A stretch of DNA of 64,000 nucleotides from Candidatus Kapaibacterium sp. (lineage in GTDB: Bacteria; Bacteroidota; Ignavibacteria; Kapaibacteriales; UBA2268). The stretch spans positions 1,280,001 through 1,344,000 of the forward strand of contig OY761611.1 in NCBI GenBank assembly GCA_963664875.1. Direction: 5' to 3'. A model generated the notes under the pieces. It made no database searches. It saw only the letters and a list, made by a program, of their open reading frames with translations, and was not told where the DNA came from. A program made the translations under genes and the position numbers. This document shows, in pieces, positions 1-9,214 of this stretch; positions within the stretch are counted from its first letter, which is position 1; every line of letters starts with the position of its first letter.

Positions 1-392
1 TCGTTGAGCTCCAGATCTGAAGCTTGAACGTATAAATCTTTGATAAGCAAATTTTTGAAGTTGAACACTCTAAACTTTATAGTCTTTTCAGAGAGCGAAT
101 TTTCGAGTCTCACAAAAAAATCTTTCTTTTCCAAAGCTATAGAATCATTGAGAGTAGCTATAAAATCGCCTCTAAAAAGCGTATCGAGTTTTTTTTCGGA
201 AGTTTTGGAATCTATACGATAAGCAGGTATATCTTTTGCAACCATGATTCTTGGAGCTGTTTCAAAAGAGTTTTCGTCTGTTACGGAGCTAATAGTTCTG
301 TAAAAAGAAAAACTCATAATGCCAAACAGCATTGCTGCAAGCAGACTGATAAAAATACGAAAGCCGTTATATTTGACAGTTTCTTGATTCAT
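1..392 (-). CDS. Partial membrane-anchored protein (N-terminus only; runs off window), possibly PDZ-like periplasmic region
   Basis: Hand translation from ATG at 392 is open to position 1: MNQETVKYNGFRIFISLLAAMLFGIMSFSFYRT...DTLFRGDFIATLNDS; N-terminal hydrophobic helix. Not in ORF track because truncated. Confidence 0.6.
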   Translation of the reverse strand, partial: MNQETVKYNGFRIFISLLAAMLFGIMSFSFYRTISSVTDENSFETAPRIMVAKDIPAYRIDSKTSEKKLDTLFRGDFIATLNDSIALEKKDFFVRLENSLSEKTIKFRVFNFKNLLIKDLYVQASDLELN

Positions 393-484
393 GGATATAT
401 TTTATTGTGATGTAATAAAGTAAAAACGTATTTTATAATGCAAATGTTACGAATATTTCCGAAAATAACTAATAATAATACACT

Positions 485-1195
485 ATGGACTTAAAAAAGC
501 TCATTGAAGAGCTACAATCTCATGCGAACCCAAAAAATGTAGAAGGTATGGCTCGATTCGGTATTGATTCGAAAGATGCACTTGGAATTCCTTCGCAAAT
601 TATCAAAAACATTGCTAAAGAAATAGGGACTAATCACACTTTAGCTCAGCAAGCATGGGACTGCGGTATTCACGAAGCAAAGTGGTTAGCGCCTCTTATC
701 GCAGACAAAAAACAAATAAATGATGAACTATTGGAAAAATGGGTACATGAGCTTAACTCTTGGGATATATGCGACAATCTCATGACTAAATACGTGCGAT
801 TTGCGCCCAATGCTCTCGAACTTATTGATAGGTGGCAGCAGTCTGACAAAGAGTTTGTGCGTAGAGCCGGTTTTGCTCTGATTGCCTTTGTGGTAGTACA
901 CTATAAGAAAAACCCAGATGATGATTTTCTTCACTTTTTTGATTTTATTTTCGACAAAGCTCAAGATGAAAGGAATATGGTCAAAAAAGCTGTAAACTGG
1001 GCATTAAGAAGTTTAGGCAAACGATCGCTATTCCTGCGGGAAAAAGCTCTGCAATGCTCTCAAGACCTGCTAAGTCATTACAAATTCAACAGAGCTGCAC
1101 GATGGATAGCCCATGATGCAATACGCGAACTTAATGATGCAAAAATAATAGCCAGGCTCGAACAGAAAGAGAACAAAAAAGCAACATTATCATAG
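485..1195 (+). CDS. DNA alkylation repair protein (AlkD-like HEAT-repeat glycosylase family)
   Basis: GMARFGI, SWDICD, EFVRRAGF, DERNMVKKAVNWALR motifs typical of the family. Confidence 0.85.
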   Translation: MDLKKLIEELQSHANPKNVEGMARFGIDSKDALGIPSQIIKNIAKEIGTNHTLAQQAWDCGIHEAKWLAPLIADKKQINDELLEKWVHELNSWDICDNLMTKYVRFAPNALELIDRWQQSDKEFVRRAGFALIAFVVVHYKKNPDDDFLHFFDFIFDKAQDERNMVKKAVNWALRSLGKRSLFLREKALQCSQDLLSHYKFNRAARWIAHDAIRELNDAKIIARLEQKENKKATLS

Positions 1196-1242
1196 TAAAG
1201 CCGTATATTTAAGTATATCTTACTTTATAGCAATATAAAAAA

Positions 1243-1701
1243 ATGGTAGATCGCCCCATACATAAAGCAGCAGTTATTTTGCTTACTCTAAGCTTGATGT
1301 TTTCTTCTGTTGGCATTAACTTATATACGCACGTATGCCACACCAAAGGAATCACCGAGGTATCTGTAGTGCCTTCCGGCAATTTAGAAATTTGCTCGGA
1401 ATGCTCGGCTAATGACCAAGAATGTGGAACTGATTTACGTGATTGTTGCTCATCACATGCAGAAAGCCAAACTCCATGTTGTGAACATAATTCGCTGTTT
1501 TTAAAGGCATCACATGAGTTTGTAACTTTAGAAAAAACTGTATTACAAGCTCCGATTGCCATCTTAGGTATAGTTTCACAGTCCGTTTTGCATAAATGCA
1601 TAAAGTATATTGATTTTTCTAAAACGACAACACATTACAGCGGCATTTCTCCCCCATTTCGAGATAGATTTCGTCATTTTATTTCTTCGTTGACTGAATA
1701 G
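1243..1701 (+). CDS. Cys/His-rich exported protein, HYC_CC_PP-like
   Basis: Signal-like N-terminus, THVC, paired CC clusters (DCCSSH, PCCEH), C-terminal SPP; directly upstream of a heavy-metal-binding protein. Confidence 0.65.
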   Translation: MVDRPIHKAAVILLTLSLMFSSVGINLYTHVCHTKGITEVSVVPSGNLEICSECSANDQECGTDLRDCCSSHAESQTPCCEHNSLFLKASHEFVTLEKTVLQAPIAILGIVSQSVLHKCIKYIDFSKTTTHYSGISPPFRDRFRHFISSLTE

Positions 1702-1767
1702 AATATAGTTTAGCTAAAATCTAAGTATTTCAATAACTAAATTCAAATCAATTCGAAGGAATAAAAA

Positions 1768-2130
1768 ATGACTTATCTAAATAAACTCAGCGTTGCATTG
1801 GTAGCAACAATTCTAATTCTCACATCAGCATTTGAACTATACGGGAAAGATGTGAAGAAAAGCGAGATACAAACTCCAACAGTCCAATGCGGAATGTGCA
1901 AAGAAAGAATCGAAAAAAGGCTCAATAAGCTCGAGGGTGTTATATCATCTGATGTGGATTACGAAAAAAAAGTGACTACTGTCGAATACGACACCGAACT
2001 TATTAGTTTAGATGACATAAGAGAAGAAATTTCGGACATAGGCTATGATGCTGACAAAGTAAAAAAAGACGAAAGAGCCTATAAGCGTCTGCATAACTGT
2101 TGCAAATTACCTGAAGATCAGAAAAAGTAG
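1768..2130 (+). CDS. Periplasmic heavy-metal-associated (HMA) domain protein
   Basis: Signal peptide, VQCGMCKERIE (CxxC), C-terminal AYKRLHNCC. Confidence 0.85.
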   Translation: MTYLNKLSVALVATILILTSAFELYGKDVKKSEIQTPTVQCGMCKERIEKRLNKLEGVISSDVDYEKKVTTVEYDTELISLDDIREEISDIGYDADKVKKDERAYKRLHNCCKLPEDQKK

Positions 2131-2155
2131 TTTGCTTTTGAGTTTCATATATGTT

Positions 2156-2192
2156 AGAGGCTGTATCATAAAAAATACAGCCTCTTTTTTTT
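2156..2192 (+). terminator. Intrinsic terminator after HMA gene
   Basis: agaggctgtat...atacagcctct followed by T-run. Confidence 0.8.
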
Positions 2193-2273
2193 GCATTTAC
2201 TTTTGTGTAGTCTGAAAAGTGGTTTTAATAATTATTGACCGGATAAAAACGTAATAAACAGGTCTATATACGC

Positions 2274-2312
2274 AAAAAGGAGTTTACTAATATTAAAGTA
2301 AACTCCTTTTTT
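2274..2312 (-). terminator. Intrinsic terminator after the tRNA pair
   Basis: aaaaaggagtttact...agtaaactccttttt inverted repeat with A/T tails. Confidence 0.75.
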
Positions 2313-2313
2313 G

Positions 2314-2396
2314 CGGAGGATGAGGGACTCGAACCCCCATGGGCGTAAACCCGGCGGTTTTCAAGACCGCTGCAATACCAATTATGCGAATCCTCC
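2314..2396 (-). tRNA. tRNA-Ser(UGA), copy 1
   Basis: Reverse complement folds as a cloverleaf: GGAGGAT/ATCCTCC acceptor, GCGGT-CT-TGA-AA-ACCGC anticodon arm, long variable arm, TTCGAGT T-loop, discriminator G, CCA not encoded. Confidence 0.95.
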
Positions 2397-2447
2397 AAAT
2401 TGGTTTTGCTTCTGTAAGCGATTCAGAATTTTAATATTTTTTTTGAG

Positions 2448-2530
2448 CGGAGGATGAGGGACTCGAACCCCCATGGGCGTAAACCCGGCGGTTTTCAAGA
2501 CCGCTGCAATACCAATTATGCGAATCCTCC
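2448..2530 (-). tRNA. tRNA-Ser(UGA), copy 2 (identical to copy 1)
   Basis: Same 83-nt sequence as 2314..2396. Confidence 0.95.
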
Positions 2531-2665
2531 GAACCGCTCAAAAGAACGAGTACAAATATATAGTTTCTTTCGTTTTTTGCAAAATTTTTTTTTTATTTTT
2601 TTCTGTTTTGATTGTCTCTTTTTATTCGATATTTTTATAACACATTTTAGTAAAAAGGGCTTGCG

Positions 2666-3448
2666 ATGAATATAAGAATCGAAAAAAAAATTGCTTTTAT
2701 ATGTGGTGCTTCCGATGGGCTTGGTTTGGCTATAGCACAACGTCTTGCTGAGATGGGTGCAAGCTGTATACTTGCTGCAAGAAGCGAAGAAAAACTTAAC
2801 AAAATCACTCAGGAACTCGAGCAGGAATTTCCTAACAATCATAGATGTATTGTTATGGATTTTCAGGATTACGGCAGTGCTAATAAAATACTTCTGCAAA
2901 ATGGCATAGAGAAAGCAGACATTATAATCAATAATGCAGGTGGCCCTCCTCCGGGTTTAGTTCAGAATGCATCAAGTGTAGATTTTCTACTGGCTTTCGA
3001 ACGGCATTTATTTTTTTCTCAAAATCTTGTCTCATATTTTATACCTTATATGAAAAGACAAAAATGGGGACGCATCATCAACGTCATCTCTGTGGGTGCT
3101 AAACAGCCAATTGCCAACCTTGGTGTTTCTAATACTTTACGTGGAGCCATGGCATCGTGGGCTAAAACACTTGCTAATGAACTGGGAGAATTTGGTATAA
3201 CTGTGAATAATTTATTGCCGGGTCATACCAAAACCAAACGATTAGAAAGTTTGATAGCAACAAACAGTAGCAAACAAGGCATTGCATACGAAGAATTAGA
3301 AAATAAAATGATTGCCGACATACCGGCAGGTAGGTTTGGGGAGCCTTGGGAGTTTGCCGCAGCAGCAGGATTTTTGTCATCGGACTTTGCATCATTTATA
3401 AACGGAGTAAATATTCCGATTGATGGAGGCTTTTTAAAATCACTGTAA
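2666..3448 (+). CDS. SDR family oxidoreductase (3-oxoacyl-ACP reductase-like)
   Basis: GASDGLG Rossmann motif, NNAGGPP, IPAGRFG, IDGG C-terminus. Confidence 0.85.
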   Translation: MNIRIEKKIAFICGASDGLGLAIAQRLAEMGASCILAARSEEKLNKITQELEQEFPNNHRCIVMDFQDYGSANKILLQNGIEKADIIINNAGGPPPGLVQNASSVDFLLAFERHLFFSQNLVSYFIPYMKRQKWGRIINVISVGAKQPIANLGVSNTLRGAMASWAKTLANELGEFGITVNNLLPGHTKTKRLESLIATNSSKQGIAYEELENKMIADIPAGRFGEPWEFAAAAGFLSSDFASFINGVNIPIDGGFLKSL

Positions 3449-3826
3449 TTTTATTCAGTAGATTTTAGGTTCTTGTGTTCTATGCAAATTTGACTAAGAA
3501 ATATAAATCTTTGCAAACATTGAACTAATGGGCTTAACAGTCTTTTATGATTCTGAATAATACTCATTCTATCTACATATTTTAATTGGCAATTTTTTTC
3601 CAATTAAACCTACTTAAGGTTTTTTTTATCAAATTTTTTTTTTTTGCTTGCTATTTATAAGAAAGTCTTTTACATTTGCAGTTAAGAGGAAAAAAAGCAG
3701 CATAAGGCGGGAGTAAATCTGCACGGATTGCCCCACCAAAAACAAAGAAAAAATCGTACCAAATTAGACACATGAAGGCATCTTTTTGTCTTCGGATTTT
3801 TGCAATCCTTTTTTCATTGGGGGAAA

Positions 3827-4630
3827 ATGAAAAATAGGCTACAAAATATTGCAGAGTCATACGTGCACTTTTTTCAATCTAAAGGCAGACTGAACCTATT
3901 CAGTCTTTTAGCATTGATTTTGTGCATCACATTGCTCGTTATTTATGCTCGTGAGTGGCAGGCTGACCAAGTAATCGAAAAAATCGAGTTTGTCGGCAAC
4001 GCTTCTTTGAGTACTGAATATTTATATACTGTTTTGCCGGATAGCATTATCGGCAAAAAGGTCTCCCCTGTACTACTGAACAAAGTATCATCTTCGATAG
4101 ACAAAGTATCCGCTGTCAAACAGTGCGATATTAGTATGAGTGGTTCATCTACTTTGGTAATTTATATTAGCGAAGCTCAGCCGGCGGCTGCAAGATTAAA
4201 CGCCAAAGGGAATATAGAATACATTGGCGACAATGGGAAGATACTCAAAACACCTGAATCTTTTTACACTGATGTCCCTTTGATTTCCGGTTTCAATTTT
4301 AACGCAATTAATGATACTTCAAGAAAAGCACAAGAATATTACAGAGTCAATTTGATTACTAAAGCTATTGATGTCTTAGAGAAATTAAAATCCTACAAAG
4401 ATGGATATTATTACCAAATATTAGATGAAATCAAATACAACAGCTCTGATAAATCTTACGAAATATTTTTGACTAATGACAGAATCAAAATAATAATAGA
4501 ACCGCTTTATGGAATTGATGCACAACTCGAAAAATTAGATTTCTTTTGGCTGAACCGTTTGCTAAGCAATACAGTTCAGGTAAATGAGTATATCGATTTG
4601 CGTTGGAATGACCGCATCATCTATAGTTAG
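3827..4630 (+). CDS. ftsQ: Cell division protein FtsQ/DivIB (divergent)
   Basis: Single TM helix, POTRA-like IEFVGN, C-terminal YIDLRWNDRII, immediately upstream of ftsA; start set at ATG 3827 (ORF track TTG 3800). Confidence 0.8.
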   Translation: MKNRLQNIAESYVHFFQSKGRLNLFSLLALILCITLLVIYAREWQADQVIEKIEFVGNASLSTEYLYTVLPDSIIGKKVSPVLLNKVSSSIDKVSAVKQCDISMSGSSTLVIYISEAQPAAARLNAKGNIEYIGDNGKILKTPESFYTDVPLISGFNFNAINDTSRKAQEYYRVNLITKAIDVLEKLKSYKDGYYYQILDEIKYNSSDKSYEIFLTNDRIKIIIEPLYGIDAQLEKLDFFWLNRLLSNTVQVNEYIDLRWNDRIIYS

Positions 4631-4670
4631 ATAATTTGAATAAGTAAATAAAATAAACGGACTTTGTCTC

Positions 4671-6005
4671 ATGAGTGAAGAAAGAGTAGTTATAGACAAC
4701 GAAACCAACCCTAAGATTACGGTTGGTATCGACATCGGCACTACAAAAATTTGTTGTTTAATTGGCTCCCCCGCTCCTCAGGACGGCACTCTTAATATTT
4801 TGGGTGTAGGAGTAGCGGAAAGTGAAGGACTCAACAGAGGGGTAGTGGTCAACATTGACAAAACTGTAAAAGCAATCAGAAGCGTGATTGACCAGGCACA
4901 GCAACAAGCAGGTATAAAGATTACCGAAGCTGTTGTCGGCATTGCAGGCGATCATATTGAAGCTTTTCAAACAAGAGGTATAGTAGGGCTTTCTAATCAA
5001 AACCACGAAATCTCTCGTAGCGATGTAGAAAGACTTTTGGAAGACACCAAAAAAGTAAATATACCTTCGGAAAGAAAAATCATCCACGTTATCCCTCAGG
5101 ATTATATCATTGATGGTCAAGATGGCATCACTGATCCTGTTGGTATGAGTGGTGTCAGAATGGAAGCTAATGTCCATGTTGTAACCGGTCTTGTAACTGC
5201 TATTCAAAATATTTACAGATGCGTTGAGCGCTGTGGAGTCAAAGTTACGGATGTTGTCTTAGAACCAATAGCAAGTAGCACTGCTATTTTGAGTGAAGAA
5301 GAAAAAGAAGTAGGTGTCGCTCTGATTGATATCGGAGGTGGCACAACTGATGTAGCTATCTTTGAAGAAAACATCATCAGATATACTTCTGTTTTTGGCA
5401 TCGCAGGAAGACAGGTTACTGACGACGTTAGAAAAGGACTCGGTGTGATAGTAGCTCAGGCTGAACGTCTGAAAAGAGATAACGGTCACACATACCTGCC
5501 TTCTATCATGAAAGACGAAGTAATAATGATACCGGGTATTGGTGGCAGAGCTCCGATGGAAATCAACAAAAGCTATCTTTGCCAGATTATTCAGCCACGG
5601 ATGGAAGAAATATTTGAATTTGCTCTTGCTGAAATCCGCAAATCAGGATTTGAAAACAAGCTTGGTGCAGGCATTGTCCTTACTGGTGGCACTACTTTGC
5701 TAAGAGGCACAGAAGATTTGGCAAGAGAGATATTCAGAATGCCTGTAAAAATTGGAATGCCTTCGCACATGAATTTATCAGGTCTTGCTACCGAAATACA
5801 GTCGCCTGTTTACTCAACTTCTGTTGGTTTGGCTCTTTACGGTTTGCAGGATAATTATGGCAAAGGAGCAACATCCGATGTTCGTTTGAAAGATGTTCAA
5901 ACTAAAAAAGTCAGTGAAGAAGCACCTGAAGTAGAAGAAGCTATGCAAACAAAAGAAAAGCCTTCTATACTAAATAAAATTTCAAATTTCCTAAAAGAAC
6001 TATAG
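4671..6005 (+). CDS. ftsA: Cell division protein FtsA
   Basis: GIDIGTTKI, DIGGGTTD, GIVLTGG, C-terminal amphipathic helix ISNFLKEL. Confidence 0.97.
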   Translation: MSEERVVIDNETNPKITVGIDIGTTKICCLIGSPAPQDGTLNILGVGVAESEGLNRGVVVNIDKTVKAIRSVIDQAQQQAGIKITEAVVGIAGDHIEAFQTRGIVGLSNQNHEISRSDVERLLEDTKKVNIPSERKIIHVIPQDYIIDGQDGITDPVGMSGVRMEANVHVVTGLVTAIQNIYRCVERCGVKVTDVVLEPIASSTAILSEEEKEVGVALIDIGGGTTDVAIFEENIIRYTSVFGIAGRQVTDDVRKGLGVIVAQAERLKRDNGHTYLPSIMKDEVIMIPGIGGRAPMEINKSYLCQIIQPRMEEIFEFALAEIRKSGFENKLGAGIVLTGGTTLLRGTEDLAREIFRMPVKIGMPSHMNLSGLATEIQSPVYSTSVGLALYGLQDNYGKGATSDVRLKDVQTKKVSEEAPEVEEAMQTKEKPSILNKISNFLKEL

Positions 6006-6051
6006 AATATAAGAAATAAATAAGTTGTATAAAAAATTACAGGGTCCAGTG

Positions 6052-7326
6052 ATGCCAGCACAAATCATGATAGACGTACATACCCCTTCCACTGATGGTG
6101 CTCAGATTAAAGTTATCGGAGTAGGCGGCGGTGGCGGAAACGCAATTAACAATATGATTAGCAAAGGTCTTTCCGGTGTGGAATTTATTGCTGCTAATAC
6201 AGATAAACAAGCTTTAGATCACAATTTGGCACAAATCAAAATTCAGATTGGTGCTGACACTACTCGTGGTCTTGGTGCAGGTGCTAATCCTGAAATTGGT
6301 CAAAAATCTGTAGAAGAAAACGAAGACGAAATCAAAGCTGTGCTCAAAAACACAGATATGCTGTTTGTTACTGCCGGAATGGGTGGCGGTACAGGTACTG
6401 GTGGTGCTCCTACTATTGCAAAAATCGGTAGCGAAATGAATGCACTTGTAGTTGGTATTGTTACTACTCCTTTCATTTGGGAAGGCAAAAAACGCATGAA
6501 ACTGGCAGATGAAGGTATTAACTTATTGAGACAGTATGTTGACGCTTTGATAGTTATCCCTAACCAGCGTTTGTTAGAAATTATAGATAAAAACACAAGC
6601 TTCCAGGAAGCATTCCTTAAAGTTGACGAAGTGCTCTATAATGCTACAAAAGGTATATCTGATATTATTGGTTGCCACGGTACTGTTAACGTCGATTTCG
6701 CTGATGTTAAAACAGTAATGAAAGGTATGGGCGACGCTTTGATGGGAATCGGTAGAGCTACCGGACAAAACAGAGCAATCGAAGCTACTAATAATGCTCT
6801 TAATTCTCCATTACTTAATGGTATTTCCATTCATGGTGCAAAAGGTGTATTGGTTAATATCACCGGCGGTTCTAATCTTACTATGCACGAAATTGCAGAA
6901 GCTGTAAGCATAGTAGAAGAAGCTGCAGGCGAAGATGTAAATTTAATTCATGGTGTTGTTGAAAATCCGGATATGAAAGATGAGATAATGGTTACTGTTG
7001 TTGCTACAGGTTTTAATAAAGTTGAAGCCCCTGAAACTACTAATAACAATGGTACAAATCAAGCGAATAATCCTAATCAGACTCCACCGCAAAAACCGGC
7101 TTTTTTTACGCCGACAAGGCCGTCTTTCGGAATACCAAGGACTGACACAGTAGCTACTACTCAGCCTACTCTTACTCGAGTAACAGGCAGTCCGCGGGGA
7201 TATGACGAGCTTAAAAAATATGATGAACCTGCTTTCAAAAGAAAGCAAAGAGAAGTTCAATCGGATGAGCCAGCATCAACTAACTCAATGATGTCCACAA
7301 GTCCGTTTGCAAGAAAAAGATTCTAA
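6052..7326 (+). CDS. ftsZ: Cell division protein FtsZ
   Basis: VIGVGGGGGNA, GMGGGTGTG tubulin signature, NVDFADV, C-terminal DEPAF; start uncertain (6025-6067). Confidence 0.98.
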   Translation: MPAQIMIDVHTPSTDGAQIKVIGVGGGGGNAINNMISKGLSGVEFIAANTDKQALDHNLAQIKIQIGADTTRGLGAGANPEIGQKSVEENEDEIKAVLKNTDMLFVTAGMGGGTGTGGAPTIAKIGSEMNALVVGIVTTPFIWEGKKRMKLADEGINLLRQYVDALIVIPNQRLLEIIDKNTSFQEAFLKVDEVLYNATKGISDIIGCHGTVNVDFADVKTVMKGMGDALMGIGRATGQNRAIEATNNALNSPLLNGISIHGAKGVLVNITGGSNLTMHEIAEAVSIVEEAAGEDVNLIHGVVENPDMKDEIMVTVVATGFNKVEAPETTNNNGTNQANNPNQTPPQKPAFFTPTRPSFGIPRTDTVATTQPTLTRVTGSPRGYDELKKYDEPAFKRKQREVQSDEPASTNSMMSTSPFARKRF

Positions 7327-7360
7327 TGAATGATAATTCTTTATGAATGCCTAAACTGAA

Positions 7361-7392
7361 AAGACTGCCACGAAAGTGGCGGTCTTTTTTTT
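7361..7392 (+). terminator. Intrinsic terminator after ftsZ
   Basis: aagactgccac-gaaa-gtggcggtctt plus T-run. Confidence 0.85.
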
Positions 7393-7462
7393 CAATTTTT
7401 TTGTAAAGAATTTTGTGCAGAGGAATTTGTTATAAATGATAATTTTGATTTTCCTGAAGGGA

Positions 7463-8443
7463 TTAGAGATCGAAAGAATAGTTATATCCAAAATTGATGT
7501 TCCAATACCCTGACACATCATAAGAATATTCTTCATTCGCAATGGGTATTGCAGGTCCTATTTCCAAAATTACTCCATAAAGCTGTAGCTGTAACATAGC
7601 TCCTGTAAAGAAATAATCTTCTGTATAATAGTATTCTATAAAGTATATATCTCCTCTTGATATATAATGGCTTCTTTCAGTCTTTTTTTCAGCTTGATAA
7701 CCTAAACATATTCCTGCGTTTATGCTGAATAAATAATTTTCAGTTGTGTAAAGATTGAATAAGATACTACCCTGTAAGCCTAGCAATTCTCCCCCAGCAC
7801 CGCCAAGTAAAGCAAACTCCAAATCTTTAGTATGCAAACCAACAGCAAGATTAAACAAACCAGGAGTGCCGATTCTAAAGCCTAAATATCCAAAATTGCC
7901 TGAATATGTGTTTCGATAATAGTCGGGTAGCTGATTTGGATTTTGATACTGCTGATTAACCTGCATATCATATAGATAATTTTCTGGATGTTCCTGTTTC
8001 CTATCATTTTTATCTAATTGGAGATTTTGATTCCCGTCAATAATTTGGATTGTCTTTTTTGTGACTGGCCAAGATACTTCATCTTCCTCAAAATAAGTCA
8101 CTTTAGCGATTTGAGATTGCTCTATCTCTAAGACAACACCATCAGAAGCAGTGATCTTATAAGTCCCGTTTGTTCTGTCAACAATACTGCCAATGATTTC
8201 ATATCCATTTGTAGTTTCAATGCTGCACAACAAAGGAAGAGTTTTCTCAATAAGAGATTTATTGATTTCCACAGTCAGCCCGGAGTCAAATTCTTTAAGC
8301 TTGATAGTAGTTTCTGTTTCCGAAAGTTTTTCTCCGAAATAAACATCGCCAGATTTCATTACATACTTTTCGTCTGCATGTACAGATAGCGCAAAGAGCA
8401 TTTGAACAGCAAAAAATAGAATCAAAGTTTTAAGCATTTTCAT
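7463..8443 (-). CDS. Hypothetical exported protein, probable C-terminal beta-barrel
   Basis: Signal peptide ending VHA, two small repeated beta-rich N-terminal modules, alternating hydrophobic strands ending INFGYNYSFDL. Confidence 0.55.
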   Translation of the reverse strand: MKMLKTLILFFAVQMLFALSVHADEKYVMKSGDVYFGEKLSETETTIKLKEFDSGLTVEINKSLIEKTLPLLCSIETTNGYEIIGSIVDRTNGTYKITASDGVVLEIEQSQIAKVTYFEEDEVSWPVTKKTIQIIDGNQNLQLDKNDRKQEHPENYLYDMQVNQQYQNPNQLPDYYRNTYSGNFGYLGFRIGTPGLFNLAVGLHTKDLEFALLGGAGGELLGLQGSILFNLYTTENYLFSINAGICLGYQAEKKTERSHYISRGDIYFIEYYYTEDYFFTGAMLQLQLYGVILEIGPAIPIANEEYSYDVSGYWNINFGYNYSFDL

Positions 8444-8660
8444 ATTAAATCTTACAATAAATGAATGACGTAAATGGTAGAATCATACCGCAATGTGATT
8501 TATTTTTGATATGATAATTACTAAGCATATAATATACGAAAATTCCAAAATATGTAAAAAAGTATATTTCCAACTATCTTCTTCATTTAGTTTTTTTCTC
8601 TGTAACACTCTTAAGAAATCACGCAATGTTATTTCTCGGGAAAATATTTTTCATTTCTTT

Positions 8661-8686
8661 TGTACCCTTTTTATATTTTAGTATCT
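8661..8686 (+). promoter_or_regulatory. Candidate ECF-type (autoregulatory) promoter
   Basis: TGTACC-14 nt-GTATCT upstream of the sigma gene; a second TGTAAC lies at 8601. Resemblance to ECF -35/-10 elements only. Confidence 0.3.
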
Positions 8687-8727
8687 CTTCCTTATGTAAG
8701 ACGAAAACAAAAAACGGTAACGGGATT

Positions 8728-9213
8728 TTGGAACAAGACAGAAAATTTATGGGTTTGCTCGAACCTAACCTTGAGAAACTATGGAGGTTTATACTTTCAT
8801 TTATCAGGGATAAGGACGATGCTAAAGACATCATGAGCGACACCATGCTGGCTGCATACGAAAATTTCAGCAAATTAGAATCGCACGAGGCTTTTCTTAG
8901 CTGGCTTTTTACTATAGCCCGACGCTTAGTTTACAAAGCAGGTAAGAAAAGAGCAGAAATTTTCGGTTCCTCACATTTCGAATTAGATGACTTCAAATCC
9001 GGCAATCTGTCGCCGCAGGAAGTTAGCGAAATGAATGACCTATATTCGGCATTAGATAAATTGCCGTCAGAGCAGAAAGAAGCCATTGTTCTGACCTCAA
9101 TTTACGGCTTCTCTCTTGCCGAAGCAGCCGGGATACAAGGTACAACCCCCAACACCGTGAAAGTTAGAATCTATCGTGCAAAACAAAAACTAAAAGAACT
9201 TTTAGGATCTTAG
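8728..9213 (+). CDS. ECF RNA polymerase sigma-70 factor
   Basis: Region 2 (DAKDIMSDT, FLSWLFTIARR) and region 4 (ALDKLPSEQKEAIVL, TVKVRIYRAKQKL); probable TTG start 8728 (ORF track 8626). Confidence 0.93.
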   Translation: MEQDRKFMGLLEPNLEKLWRFILSFIRDKDDAKDIMSDTMLAAYENFSKLESHEAFLSWLFTIARRLVYKAGKKRAEIFGSSHFELDDFKSGNLSPQEVSEMNDLYSALDKLPSEQKEAIVLTSIYGFSLAEAAGIQGTTPNTVKVRIYRAKQKLKELLGS

Positions 9214-9214
9214 C

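Noticed and set aside
40-222. 60-aa plus-strand ORF
   Set aside because: Antisense to the longer open minus-strand frame 1..392
2314-2530. tRNA duplication as attL/attR of an integrated element
   Set aside because: Both copies are full length, only 51 nt apart, with no cargo or integrase
2454-2899. ORFs 2454..2669 (+) and 2516..2899 (-)
   Set aside because: Overlap the tRNA and the SDR gene; low-complexity shadow frames
3690-3790. Named ncRNA or riboswitch upstream of ftsQ
   Set aside because: Only a weak imperfect hairpin; no family consensus that I can recognise
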